Below, in pieces: positions 51,050 to 63,400 of a DNA stretch of 64,000 nt. The stretch spans positions 1,273,569 through 1,337,568 of the forward strand of contig LSRY02000024.1 of NCBI GenBank assembly GCA_001643675.2, given 5' to 3'. A program made the position numbers and the translations under genes. The notes under the pieces are model-generated. The model was given only the letters and a program-made list of their open reading frames with translations. It was not told the DNA's origin and did not search any database. Source of the stretch: Monocercomonoides exilis PA203. Taxonomy: Eukaryota; Protista; Preaxostyla. Numbering within the stretch: the first letter of the stretch is position 1; every line of letters begins with the position of its first letter.

Positions 51050-54000
51050 TAAACTATAATACACCTCTTAGGAATCGCCTTCCTTGTTCACTGAGTCCCA
51101 CTTTTATAGTTTCTCTTTCAGCTGATCCGCTTTTCGCTCGATGCTCCTTTTTTATACAAACTTCCCAATCACCCCTTTCTTATGTGACTGCGGAGGTAGC
51201 AAAAAGGGAGTGTGTATCTGGATCATTGCACTTTCGCTTCAGCATCCTCGTCACAGCCATTTCTCCAAATCTCTGTTCCATCTGCTTCTGCTAAACTCAT
51301 ATCTCTCTAATTCTCTTTCTCTTTTCTCGCTGGTGCTGTCCTCTGGATCACCTGCCCCATGCTCCAAATAGCCTTCAATGTGGACATTGCTATTATTTCC
51401 ATCATCTTCAGTTAAGGGACTGAGAGGTTTTTTCGTTTGATGGGAGAAGATTTGACATTGATTGTTCTGACGAGGCGTTTGCATTTTGCACCTTAAGATA
51501 ATCAGAACTACACGTGCAGGCTTGTATTTTCACTTGGAACATCTGCAGCTGCACAACTGAAGGAGGCATCAACCTGGTTGTTTTCTTCATCAGCCCTGCT
51601 GACGCACCTACCATCCCACTCTCCGTCATCAAACTCCGCTTCGCCTTCAATGACGCCTTCCTCGGAAAGGATCTCTTTCTCCGATGCTCCTCCATCAACG
51701 CCCAGATCAACGAGTAACTCTTTTCCCTCAACTCCACCAGCCCTCTATCACCACCAACACCTCCATTTGCGGCTCAGACTCCTCCCATTCCAATCCCACC
51801 TCGACATTAACATCCTTCCCTTTCATCACATTTTGACACGCCCTCCTAATATTCGTCTTCCAAGACGCGCGCTATCTGCAATATCGTATTCGAGTCAGTC
51901 ACTGGATGTCTGGTTCTTGTTCACTTCACCATAGATATTCCGTTTTTGTTGAGTTTCTCAACGCTTCACCCATGCAAAAGCCGGATCGCCTTTTGTTCCT
52001 CTTTATCATCCATGCGCTATCATGTCTTTAACCTTGATAAATTATATTTTGATGTATCTCTCCAGTTTTTTTCAATCACAGATCAGAACGTCCACATCAA
52101 TTCCGCATAGCTATATGATTGCCAGGGAGCACTTAACTTTTCCAAGCCTGCTTTTTGTGAACACACATCTTCCTGATTCTTTCTCTTCCACATCATCCTC
52201 TCTGCTTTTAATGCTACCTCGTCATCGCTCTTGTCTCAATGATGTCCAGCAATCAACCTTCTTCTTCGTCTTCTGATTCCCTCTTTCAACCAAATCAGCC
52301 AGATAGCTTCTTTAGCATGTTCCTCTTTCTTTGACGAACATTTTGCTGAACCAGTTCGTCATCAACACGCTTTTTCATAAAAATATAAATCCCAGAAGAT
52401 CTTGTGGACTTTGTTGCTGATCCAGTAGAGCCTTTCCTCATTTTGTGCATACGTAGCGGTGTTTAAATAATTGAACCTCTGGAACACTTGAAGCCTGCTC
52501 AGTAAACAGAAGAGCTCCGCAGTATTCACAAGGCTCTATCAGCAACCGATCAGAAAGGAACAAATAAGAAACTATCCCTGAGACCCTAAATTCAAATGAA
52601 TGCATTTGTAAATGGGATTTTCCTCTTATCCTTTCATGAGTCACACTTCTGCCACAATCTCCTCATCTTCAGAAAGTTCGTGCCTCTAACAGCTGTTAGT
52701 TCACCAATAACAAGGCTGCAACACTCAATTATTGCTATCGAAGCGGAAACAACACACAGTCATATGCCTGAATGTTCAACCTTTTTTCACTCTGACGATG
52801 AACAGGAATTCCAACTTTTTTCTTCATATGGCTCCTCATTTACCGATATGCCCTTCACTGCGTGGATGATCAGTGCCTTTCCCATCTCTTCGTTGTTGAT
52901 CTCTTTATCAATCAGGAAAAATCCACAGACAGGGTGATTCAAATAAATATCAATTGCACCTTTCTCAGTTGCAGTATCACGTTCTGGCTCTTCTTCGTCT
53001 TCTGTTCCAGCTTCTCCCCTTTTCCATTCAACTTTTTTTTCATCTCTTCTATTTTTTTCAATCGGATTTCCATTCATCATTCATTGTGAAAACAACTCTT
53101 TTCGTCTCTTTCTCTCAATACTCATCATTAACTTATCAATCTTTTTCACATTTTTATCTGTTTCATTTCTTCAGATATGAACATCATCTTCATTTTAATT
53201 ATTATTTCTTGTGCACATGCGAAAAATAAAGAAATTCAATCAGTTCAAGTGAACGATGATGACGATGAAGGTGTGTGATATGTTTTTTCTGCACAAGAAC
53301 AAGAAGACGAAGAAGAAGCTTTCAAATTGAACAATGAAAAACAAATTCGAACTTTAACTTTGCGTTTTCTCCAAATGTTTAAGTTCTTTTGAAATACAAC
53401 TCTCTTCTTCATCTTCTTCTTTTATTGTGCTTTTGAAGAAAACAAGTTTTCTGAATTGTCATCATCTTCTTCTTCTGCAGCTGAAAATGCGCTTTTATTG
53501 TGAAACATATCTGCGAAGCTTTCAAATTGAACAGTCTGCCTGTCAAAATACGGATCATCTCGAATCGATAGCGCCTTCATTATCCAAACAACTGGAGGCG
53601 ATTCAACATTCTCCTTCATCCACACCTTCTTCTGCTTTGCTCCACTTTTAAAGTTTTATTCGCTTTCAATCTTTTTCTTCTTCCGATACGAGGCAAATGC
53701 CTTCCGCTTCTTCTCAGCCTGCTCCAGTTCCATCTTCCGTTCGTCTTCGAACCTTTCCCGGTCTTTCTCTGAGTTCTACTGCTCTTCTTCCAGCAGCTCC
53801 TCTCTCTGCTTCTCTGTTTTTTCACCTTCTCCATCTTCTCATCTTCGTCTGAATCGCTTTCTCCAATTCAGTTCATTCGATGCGGCTTGGAATAGCCGAC
53901 AATTTTGGCACAGGAAAGCGCAATGATGAAGAAGAAACTGGATACAATATTTGATTTGTGAAAGTTGGGGTATTGGTGGAAGAAGGAGATATTGATAACT

Positions 54001-55865
54001 TTGAAAAAGGATGTGAAAGTGATGGTGATGAAGAAGGAAAAGCATTATCAATGTGATTGTCATCAGATGGAATTTGTGAGGATGACGAAGAAGGAGATGA
54101 TGATGATAAAGAAGGGGAGGAAGAAAAGTTTGTTGATGTTGTTTGCTGAGGAATTGACTGAAGAGTCTGATTCGGTCCAATTGACGTTGCGTTAATAGCA
54201 TTTTGCTGATTAAAAGGCAAGCTTATAATTCTTTCTGCTTCTCTTTCTCTTTCTTCTCTCAGCTTCTTTTCTTTTATTCGCCTCAATCTTTCGTCAAATT
54301 TCATTCTCGCCTTCGTTCATTGCTCCTTTCACTTCATTCCATCTTTCACTTTCTCCGCTAACCACTTGTCATCAAAAAGCGCAATGTGACATATAGATAT
54401 CAGAATCAGTATTCTTTCTGGTGTCAGCAACGAATTTGGCGAAAGAAAAACTGTATTCTTTATCTCCTCTTTCCTCCTCTTCATCCCTTCCAGCGTCGCA
54501 AGAAGGCTGCTTCGTGGAGCCTTTGTGTATTTGCAGATACTTTGTGGAAAAATCAATGTAGAAATCTGAGGGAAGATGAAGACGATGCCTGTAATTGAGA
54601 AATTGATGAGGTTATTGCTTTGTTAGCAATTGTATTCTTTTATACGAAGAAGTAATCATTGTTTTCTTGAAATAAAACCGCATTCTCTTTGATGCCTTTT
54701 TTCATTTCAGCTGCTATTTTTTTTTTCTAATTCTTTGGATAGCGGAAAAACTTCTAGCCGATCTGTGAAGAAGAAGATGATGATGAAATTACTGAAGAAA
54801 TGTCACGAGCATGTCTTCTTTTCTTCGAAGCTGACTTTGATGCTTCAGACTTGCTGCAATTCAGCTCGCTTTTCCATCTTTCTTTTTCCTCTTTGTCTTC
54901 GATATAAACTGCTCGTTTCTTCTTATGTTTGACTTCATTGCATTCACCACTGTAACTTCTGCTTTCCGCATTTGTGAAATTGAACATTGAAACTCTTCCT
55001 CTGAAACGACTTCTCCAGACAATTGTTTTTCTTGGAAGAATTAAATTGTGAAAGATGTTCTGCTTCCAACAAATGACTCCAAATGGATCATTCTATCAAC
55101 TTTTCTCTTTGAAGTTCCAGATTTCTCTGTCAATAAATATTTCTCGTGTTCAATTCTTTTTCATCTTTCTATTCCTCCTTCATAATTTTATGAGCTTAAT
55201 AATGCTCCTCCCTCCTCTTGTCCAGCTTCTTTTCCATGTTCACTCTAATCTTCCCTCTCCTCTTCCTTTTCCTGCTCTGCGCTGCTTCAATCAATTTCAG
55301 CTTCATTTTCCTTTGTTTCTCAGTTGAAAGCGAAATGATTTTTGAATACTGGTTGAACAAAGATGTCTCCATACGCTTATGCCCATTCCTTTTCATGCTC
55401 TTCCTTAAGGTCGTCCAACAGAATTCCATGTAGTTCTTAGAGAATTGTTTCCGCTTTCTTTCACCGTCTTTCAACCCGCAGTCATTGAATTGAGACTTCT
55501 CCTTGCTTGTCTTCATGTCTTTGTTCTCATTCCAGAAAATAATACTCTTCTCGTCTTCCCTTCTTCACTCCACCCTTCTCCTATACACTCTTGCTCTATT
55601 TGCTTTCGATTCTTATAGAACTTTCTTCACAATTCCTCTCTCCTCTTCAGGTCAAGAATCATCTTGCTCATCTTCATTTCCGTCAATTTAGCTTTCATCT
55701 CTTCCAGTTTCCTGTTAAGCTTTATCCTTATCTCCCTCACCATTCTTTACTCACTGCTCTTCTTCATCTTTCTTGCTCTGTCTGCGGAACTTATCCAGTA
55801 CTTTAAATAGTTCTTTTCTTGACTTTTCAATCTTCTACACAATGTTTTTGTTCTGTGACATTTCA
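51050..55865 (-). pseudogene. Long, heavily decayed minus-strand coding relic (charged coiled-coil-like region, a C-x2-C...H-x3-C motif, possible protease-like C-terminus)
   Basis: ~4.8 kb of purine-rich, coding-like minus strand broken into many short ORFs. PCEYCGALL...HRYVC at ~52450-52540. Confidence 0.45.
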
Positions 55866-56666
55866 TATTTCCGATACACTTCCTAATGAAGTGAAATATT
55901 GATAATTTGATAATTATTTCATATCACACATTAACAGCAATGCAATAATTGATTTTTGAGTATTTTGCAAATTGATAATAAAAACATACTTTGTTAAAAA
56001 TGAACAACAGTTATCAAAGTCACATTGAATAGTCTTTCTGTTTGTATCAGCAAAAATTGTCGATGAGTCAAATAGAAAGACTGGTTTCTGAACAAATAGG
56101 TCAAAAATCTTGTATCAATGAAAAATAACAACGATTTGTAACAAACCTTTTATACAGCTTTGTCATTACAAGTCAGACGTCCTCACATATTAAATATATC
56201 GAATGACTGTAAAATAATAAGAAAAATCTTCGAAGACGGTGCATGGGAAACAATTCATTTCACACAACACTTCATCCCAAATAAAAAATATGTCAAAAAA
56301 CAAATTATTACCAACTTTTTCCACTAACAGATTTTCAAAAAAAGCATCAGACATGTTTATTATTGTTATTTATTCACACTGAGCAAAATAGATCATGGTA
56401 TTCTTAATGGCGCCATTAATAATAATTTGTATTTTTTATGATCAAAAATTTCAAAAATGAATGACAATTTTTTATTTTTGTTTCATTTAATTTGTAATTA
56501 TTATTGCTTTATAAATGCAAACATGTCATCAGAAATTGGTTTTGATTTTTTTAATGTTTGAATAAAGGTGAAAAAAAAAATTTAATAAAATGCTATCTTT
56601 TATTGGTTTTTTTTAATTAAAAATATTAATAAAAAATGAAAAAAAAATTACAAAAAAAATAAATAT

Positions 56667-57033
56667 TTATTCAATAAGTTGATAAAATGTTAATCCTGAC
56701 TTCCATCCTTCCAATGATAAATTTTTCCAATACTGATTCCATTTATCAAATGCTAGCAGTGAAACAACCTCATCGTCGCATTCAAAGAAAATGCTTTTCT
56801 CTTCAATCAAATGCTTTTTATCCTTCACAACTGCAATGAAATGTCCATCTTTGAATTTTGATGTTGAATGAATCACAGTTCCACAAAGCTGATATTTTGC
56901 TGCAATCATATTATTGTCAGAGAAGAATTTCAGGGAAGTTTTTGCTTTCAAAGGATCAAAAAAGCAGATATCAAAAGGGCCATTTCCTTTTTCAGCAACA
57001 AACAGTTGAGTTGGAGGGGGATTGACTGATGAA
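56667..57033 (-). pseudogene. C-terminal fragment of a ubiquitin-specific protease (peptidase C19/USP His box), 5'-truncated by telomeric repeats
   Basis: KYQLCGTVIH...DGHFIAVVK...FFECDDEVV...LTFYQ fits the USP pattern Y-x-L-x-G-x-V-x-H...GH[YF]...[WF]..[ND]D..V...LFY. The frame is open right up to the telomeric tract; no Cys box. Confidence 0.75.
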
Positions 57034-57072
57034 GGTTAGGTTAGGGTTAGGTTAGGGTTAGGTTAGGTTAGG
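57034..57072 (+). repeat. Interstitial telomeric tract (TTAGG/TTAGGG, 7 units), same orientation as the terminal telomere
   Basis: GG-TTAGG-TTAGGG-TTAGG-TTAGGG-TTAGG-TTAGG-TTAGG. Confidence 0.95.
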
Positions 57073-60000
57073 AAGATCGCAACATGACAACCTATGAACG
57101 GATCACCTCCCCAGCTCCACAGGCTGCACAGCGGAACTTCCAAACCATGTTGCAATGAGTACACCAACACATCTTCCATCCACCATGCCCATGTCCAACT
57201 TCCATCAGCCCCTGAAATTTGGTGACCAAAAAAGTGAAAACCATTTTTCGAAAAATGAACAAAATGTTAGGGTTTTGGCAAAAATCGTCTACGAATTTTC
57301 ACAGGAGAGATCCTAACATTTGGAATCCATAGCGCGAAAGACCAGTATGGAATGTATCCAAATATATAAAAATTTCAAAACATCCATGTATTTGTGGTTG
57401 TTGGTGATAAAATATTTTTCACTGAAAAGCCAAAAGTGAGAAAACCAGAAAAAAATTTATTCGATTTTTCAACAAAAGTAGCCATTGCCGGAGAACTTTC
57501 GATGCATATTGTTGAAGTGTATACCTATGGTCGTTGAGTAGTTGGCAAATGCTTTGCCTCATATTTTCACAAAAAAAATATTTTGAAAAATTTTGGTTTT
57601 TTTCTCAAAAATTTTTAACTTAGCAAATTTTTCAAAAAATATTCAATGAAAAAAATGGAAAATTTTGAATTGTTCCAGACCAAGCCACAGGGCCTGCCCA
57701 GCCATAGGCCCAGTGAATAGCCCGCCTCACTCGCTACTTGCCCTGTGGCCTTTGCAAGCCCTGCCCATCAGCCCTTCAGAAGATATCCTCCACTCAACTC
57801 TTTTTTCAGTCAAACTCAAATTGAGTCTGTGAGTTTTTCGAAAAAGATGGCACTTCGAGGTCGGGCAGTCAATATCACATAGAAAATTTTCATAGAAAAA
57901 TTTCATTGAAAAAATTTTTTATTTGAAAATTCTTATATATTAACAACTGTGAATGGGGAAGTTGAGCAGTCTCAATGGCGATAGCACCAATGGATAGAGC
58001 AAGTGTGGAGCGAGTTTCCCTATGGCATCGAGAACTTTCCCAGATTCCTGTGTGATTCGCTACAGGCCAGCCAATGAGGGGGGTCCAAGTCACTCAAAAA
58101 GTCAATCGAAAATACTCACTTTTTCTGCCACTGCCCTCAGCCGAGCCACAGCCCACCAGCCGAATGTGTGCCACATTGTACTTGCAGGGCATGCCCACCC
58201 CACAGCACCATTGGCATGTCTGTAAGTTATGACCGATCAAAAGATATGGGAGTGGGAACACAAGGGGTCCCCTATCAAAAATGAACCTTTTTCATACTAA
58301 GATGTCAGTATATTGAGTATAGTGAAAAGGCATATGGACCGAGGGCAAAGATGTTACTACCATTGGATACTCGAAGAGCACAGCTACTTGCCCTATGGCA
58401 TCTAGAACTTTCCAGCTCTTAAAGGTAATTCCCTATGGCCCGTGGAATATACAGGGTCCATAGCATAAATTATCATTGAGAAAGGGTTTTTCATAGGAAA
58501 GATATGAGTATTTGTCTTATAACTTCAAGGCATCACATAGGATGGATACCAGGTTGCGACCATTGTGTAGAGCGAGTGTGCAGCGAGACCCTCTATGGCA
58601 ACGAGAAGTTTCGCTGACTTACCCCTGAGGCGCTATGAGTCTGAGAACATATGGGGTCCATAGTGAATTTTTCCAATTTTTTAGTATCAAAGCAGGTTTT
58701 TCAGTCACCTCATTTTCATAGTGTATTCCTAGTATCAAAAATCAAAAAAATCGAGGAAACCTCAGTGTAGTAAAGTTGAGTCTATGAGTTTTTCGAAAAA
58801 GATGGATTTTCTGGTCTGGGCACCCGGGGTCATTAACTATATTTGAGGTTTTTTCATTGAAAGTGACTGAACAAAACCCGGTGCACAGCCCACCCAGCCG
58901 GCCCGGCCCACAGCCCTCAAACCAGGCCCTGCCCACTGCACAGCCCTGGTCCCCCGCTGCACCGTCACTTTTGTTTCTGGAGCTCTCCCTCCAACACCTG
59001 AGGAGATAGGTTCGTTGAAAGAGAGGGGGTATCTCAATGGCTGGCCCAGTCATTTTTCACTCACTTTTTCTCACACCACCACCCAGCCAGCCAGCCCAGC
59101 CACACTCACACCACCCAGCCTTGTAGCCACTGCCCACACGCCCGCTCTGCCCACATCAGCCAAGCTGTAAGTTATGACCGATAAAAAGATACAGCCCAAT
59201 GAAGATGGTTTTCCAGTCTGTCTTTCCAGTGAAAAAAGTGAGTGTCTGGCCCACCCAGCCAGAAGGATACACAGGCGCCCAGCAGCACCCTGCCCAGCGT
59301 GCAGCCACAGTCAGTGCGCACACTGTCACTTTTGTTTCTGGAGCTCTGGCTCCAACACCTGAGTTTCAACCACCGGAACATTGTACCCTCAGTCACTTTT
59401 TCTGACTGGGGAAAATACAGTGTTTGTGGGATAGAGCCAGGCCAAGCCACAGGGCCTGCCCAGCCATAGGCCCAGCACATAGCCCGCCTCACTCACTCCT
59501 TGCCCTGTGGCCTTTGCCAGCCCTGCCCATCAGCCCTTCCACAGATATCCTCCACTCAACTCCTGTTTCAGTCAAATTCAAATTGAGTCTGTGAGTTTTT
59601 CGAAAAAGATGGCACTTCGAGGCCGGGCAGTCAATATCACATAGAAAAAATTACATAGAAATAATTCAATTTTCATAGAAAAAATATATTGCTGAAATGG
59701 TTACTTGGCAACCACTGGGCCAATCTCTTAGCAATTACACCACATCCCACCCCCACTAACATTCCCCAACATATCCCTCTAACTCAGATTACTTTCCCTC
59801 CCATCACTCTCCACAGCATCACCAAGTCAATACCCCCCAGTCACTTTTCTATGTGAAAAATCAACACTGAACTCAAAACAACTAGCCGCTCGGATTTCTC
59901 AGCAACCACTGGGCCGATCGAAACGCCGTTTGGCCACATCCGGGCATGGGTTACTGTGCCGGTCATATGTGTTCCGATTCAGCCACTTGCCTCTCCTTCG

Positions 60001-60437
60001 CTCTCTGTGACTTCACCAACCAGGCACCCCCAGTCAAAGTCAAAAAATTTATTTCTTTTCTGGACAGCCTGCCAGACCCCCGCCACCAACACCCATATGC
60101 ATGCTATTACCGCACTATATGCACATATATCATATATTAATTCCAAATTTATCTGGCCATTACTTCTGGTGTTATACTCGATTTACCTCAAAAATGACCA
60201 TTTTCACTCAAAAATTCGATTGTAACTCAAAAACTACAAATAAGTGTATCCAACCAAAAATCACCAATATACAACATAACAATGCATATACATCCATGGA
60301 ATCATATTTTATATCGACTTTGAAATTTTCGAGAAAAAAATTTTTTTTCGATTTTTCAGTCAAAATGACCAACTTGTCCGCACTGCCCTGCCACAACCGC
60401 TCGGTAGAAAAAATTTAGATTCGAGTATGTTTATAAG
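57073..60437. repeat. Telomere-associated non-coding element with internal direct repeats
   Basis: Bounded by telomeric repeats on both sides. Contains ~210-bp direct repeats (57675-57887 and 59437-59647), diverged ~200-bp units and many CCCAGCC motifs. No credible ORF. Confidence 0.75.
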
Positions 60438-63400
60438 GGGTTAGGGTTAGGTTAGGGTTAGGTTAGGGTTAGGTTTAGGTTAGGTTAGGTTAGGTTAGGG
60501 TTAGGGTTAGGGTTAGGGTTAGGGTTAGGGTTAGGTTAGGGTTAGGTTAGGGTTAGGGTTAGGGTTAGGGTTAGGGTTAGGGTTAGGGTTAGGGTTAGGG
60601 TTAGGGTTAGGGTTAGGGTTAGGGTTAGGGTTAGGGTTAGGGTTAGGGTTAGGGTTAGGGTTAGGGTTAGGGTTAGGGTTAGGGTTAGGGTTAGGGTTAG
60701 GGTTAGGGTTAGGGTTAGGGTTAGGGTTAGGGTTAGGGTTAGGGTTAGGGTTAGGGTTAGGGTTAGGGTTAGGGTTAGGGTTAGGGTTAGGGTTAGGGTT
60801 AGGGTTAGGTTCAAACTAGGTTAGGGTTAGGTTAGGGTTAGGTTAGGGTTAGGTTAGGGTTAGGGTTAGGTTAGGGTTAGGGTTAGGGTTAGGGTTAGGT
60901 TAGGGTTAGGTTAGGGTTAGGGTTAGGGTTAGGGTTAGGTTAGGTTAGGTTAGGGTTAGGGTTAGGGTTAGGGTTAGGGTTAGGGTTAGGTTAGGTTCAA
61001 ACTAGGTTAGGGTTAGGTTAGGGTTAGGGTTAGGGTTAGGGTTAGGGTTAGGGTTAGGGTTAGGGTTAGGGTTAGGGTTAGGGTTAGGGTTAGGGTTAGG
61101 GTTAGGGTTAGGTTAGGGTTAGGGTTAGGGTTAGGGTTAGGGTTAGGGTTAGGGTTAGGGTTAGGGTTAGGGTTAGGGTTAGGGTTAGGGTTAGGGTTAG
61201 GGTTAGGGTTAGGGGTTAGGGTTAGGGTTAGGGTTAGGGTTAGGGTTAGGGTTAGGGTTAGGGTTAGGGTTAGGGTTAGGGTTAGGGTTAGGGTTAGGGT
61301 TAGGGTTAGGGTTAGGGTTAGGGTTAGGGTTAGGGTTAGGGTTAGGGTTAGGGTTAGGGTTAGGGTTAGGGTTAGGGTTAGGGTTAGGGTTAGGGTTAGG
61401 GTTAGGGTTAGGGTTAGGGTTAGGGTTAGGGTTAGGGTTAGGGTTAGGGTTAGGGTTAGGGTTAGGGTTAGGGTTAGGGTTAGGGTTAGGGTTAGGGTTA
61501 GGGTTAGGGTTAGGGTTAGGGTTAGGGTTAGGGTTAGGGTTAGGGTTAGGGTTAGGGTTAGGGTTAGGGTTAGGGTTAGGGTTAGGGTTAGGGTTAGGGT
61601 TAGGGTTAGGGTTAGGGTTAGGGTTAGGGTTAGGGTTAGGGTTAGGGTTAGGGTTAGGGTTAGGGTTAGGGTTAGGGTTAGGGTTAGGGTTAGGGTTAGG
61701 GTTAGGGTTAGGGTTAGGGTTAGGGTTAGGGTTAGGGTTAGGGGTTAGGGTTAGGGTTAGGGTTAGGGTTAGGGTTAGGGTTAGGTTAGGGTTAGGGTTA
61801 GGGTTAGGGTTAGGGTTAGGGTTAGGGTTAGGGTTAGGGTTAGGGTTAGGGTTAGGGTTAGGGTTAGGGTTAGGGTTAGGGTTAGGGTTAGGGTTAGGGT
61901 TAGGGTTAGGGTTAGGGTTAGGGTTAGGGTTAGGGTTAGGGTTAGGGTTAGGGTTAGGGTTAGGGTTAGGGTTAGGGTTAGGGTTAGGGTTAGGGTTAGG
62001 GTTAGGGTTAGGGTTAGGGTTAGGGTTAGGGTTAGGGTTAGGGTTAGGGTTAGGGTTAGGGTTAGGGTTAGGTTAGGGTTAGGGTTAGGTTAGGTTAGGG
62101 TTAGGGTTAGGGTTAGGTTAGGGTTAGGGTTAGGGTTAGGGTTAGGGTTAGGGTTAGGGTTAGGGTTAGGGTTAGGGTTAGGGTTAGGGTTAGGGTTAGG
62201 GTTAGGTTAGGGTTAGGGTTAGGGTTAGGTTAGGGTTAGGGTTAGGGTTAGGGTTAGGGTTAGGGTTAGGGTTAGGGTTAGGGTTAGGGTTAGGTTAGGG
62301 GTTGGGGTTAGGGTTAGGGTTAGGGTTAGGGTTAGGGTTAGGGTTAGGGTTAGGGTTAGGGTTAGGGTTAGGGTTAGGGTTAGGGTTAGGGTTAGGGTTA
62401 GGGTTAGGGTTAGGGTTAGGGTTAGGGTTAGGGTTAGGGTTAGGGTTAGGGTTAGGGTTAGGGTTAGGGTTAGGGTTAGGGTTAGGGTTAGGGTTAGGGT
62501 TAGGGTTAGGGTTAGGGTTAGGGTTAGGGTTAGGGTTAGGGTTAGGGTTAGGGTTAGGGTTAGGGTTAGGGTTAGGGTTAGGGTTAGGGTTAGGGTTAGG
62601 GTTAGGGTTAGGTTAGGGTTAGGGTTAGGGTTAGGGGTTAGGGTTAGGGTTAGGGTTAGGGTTAGGTTAGGGTTAGGGTTAGGGTTAGGGTTAGGGTTAG
62701 GGTTAGGGTTAGGGTTAGGGTTAGGGTTAGGGTTAGGGTTAGGGTTAGGTTAGGGTTAGGGTTAGGGTTAGGGTTAGGGTTAGGGTTAGGGTTAGGGTTA
62801 GGGTTAGGGTTAGGGTTAGGGTTAGGGTTAGGGTTAGGGTTAGGGTTAGGGTTAGGGTTAGGGTTAGGGGGTTAGGGTTAGGGTTAGGGTTAGGGTTAGG
62901 GTTAGGGTTAGGTTAGGGTTAGGGTTAGGGTTAGGGTTAGGGTTAGGGTTAGGGTTAGGGTTAGGGTTAGGGTTAGGGTTAGGGTTAGGGTTAGGGTTAG
63001 GGTTAGGGTTAGGGTTAGGGTTAGGGTTAGGGTTAGGGTTAGGGTTAGGGTTAGGGTTAGGTTAGGGTTAGGGTTAGGGTTAGGGTTAGGTTAGGTTAGG
63101 GTTAGGGTTAGGGTTAGGGGTTAGGGTTAGGTTAGGGTTAGGTTAGGGTTAGGGTTAGGGTTAGGGTTAGGGTTAGGGTTAGGTTAGGGTTAGGGTTAGG
63201 GTTAGGGTTAGGTTAGGGTTAGGTTAGGGTTAGGGTTGGGTTAGGGTTAGGGTTAGGGTTAGGGTTAGGGTTAGGGTTAGGGTTAGGTTAGGGTTAGGGT
63301 TAGGGTTAGGGTTAGGGTTAGGGTTAGGGTTAGGTTAGGGTTAGGGTTAGGGTTAGGGTTAGGGTTAGGGTTAGGGTTAGGGTTAGGGTTAGGGTTAGGG

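Noticed and set aside
52438-52644. CEYCGALLF as a Helitron N-terminal Zn motif
   Set aside because: No Rep HUH/Y2 or Pif1 helicase motifs are recognisable nearby.
57026-59025. Hammerhead-like cores CTGATGA (57026) and CTGAGGA...GAAA (~58998), as in Penelope/Terminon elements
   Set aside because: No convincing stems I-III could be formed by eye.
60542-62616. (LT)n and (GL)n ORFs
   Set aside because: Translations of the telomere repeat.
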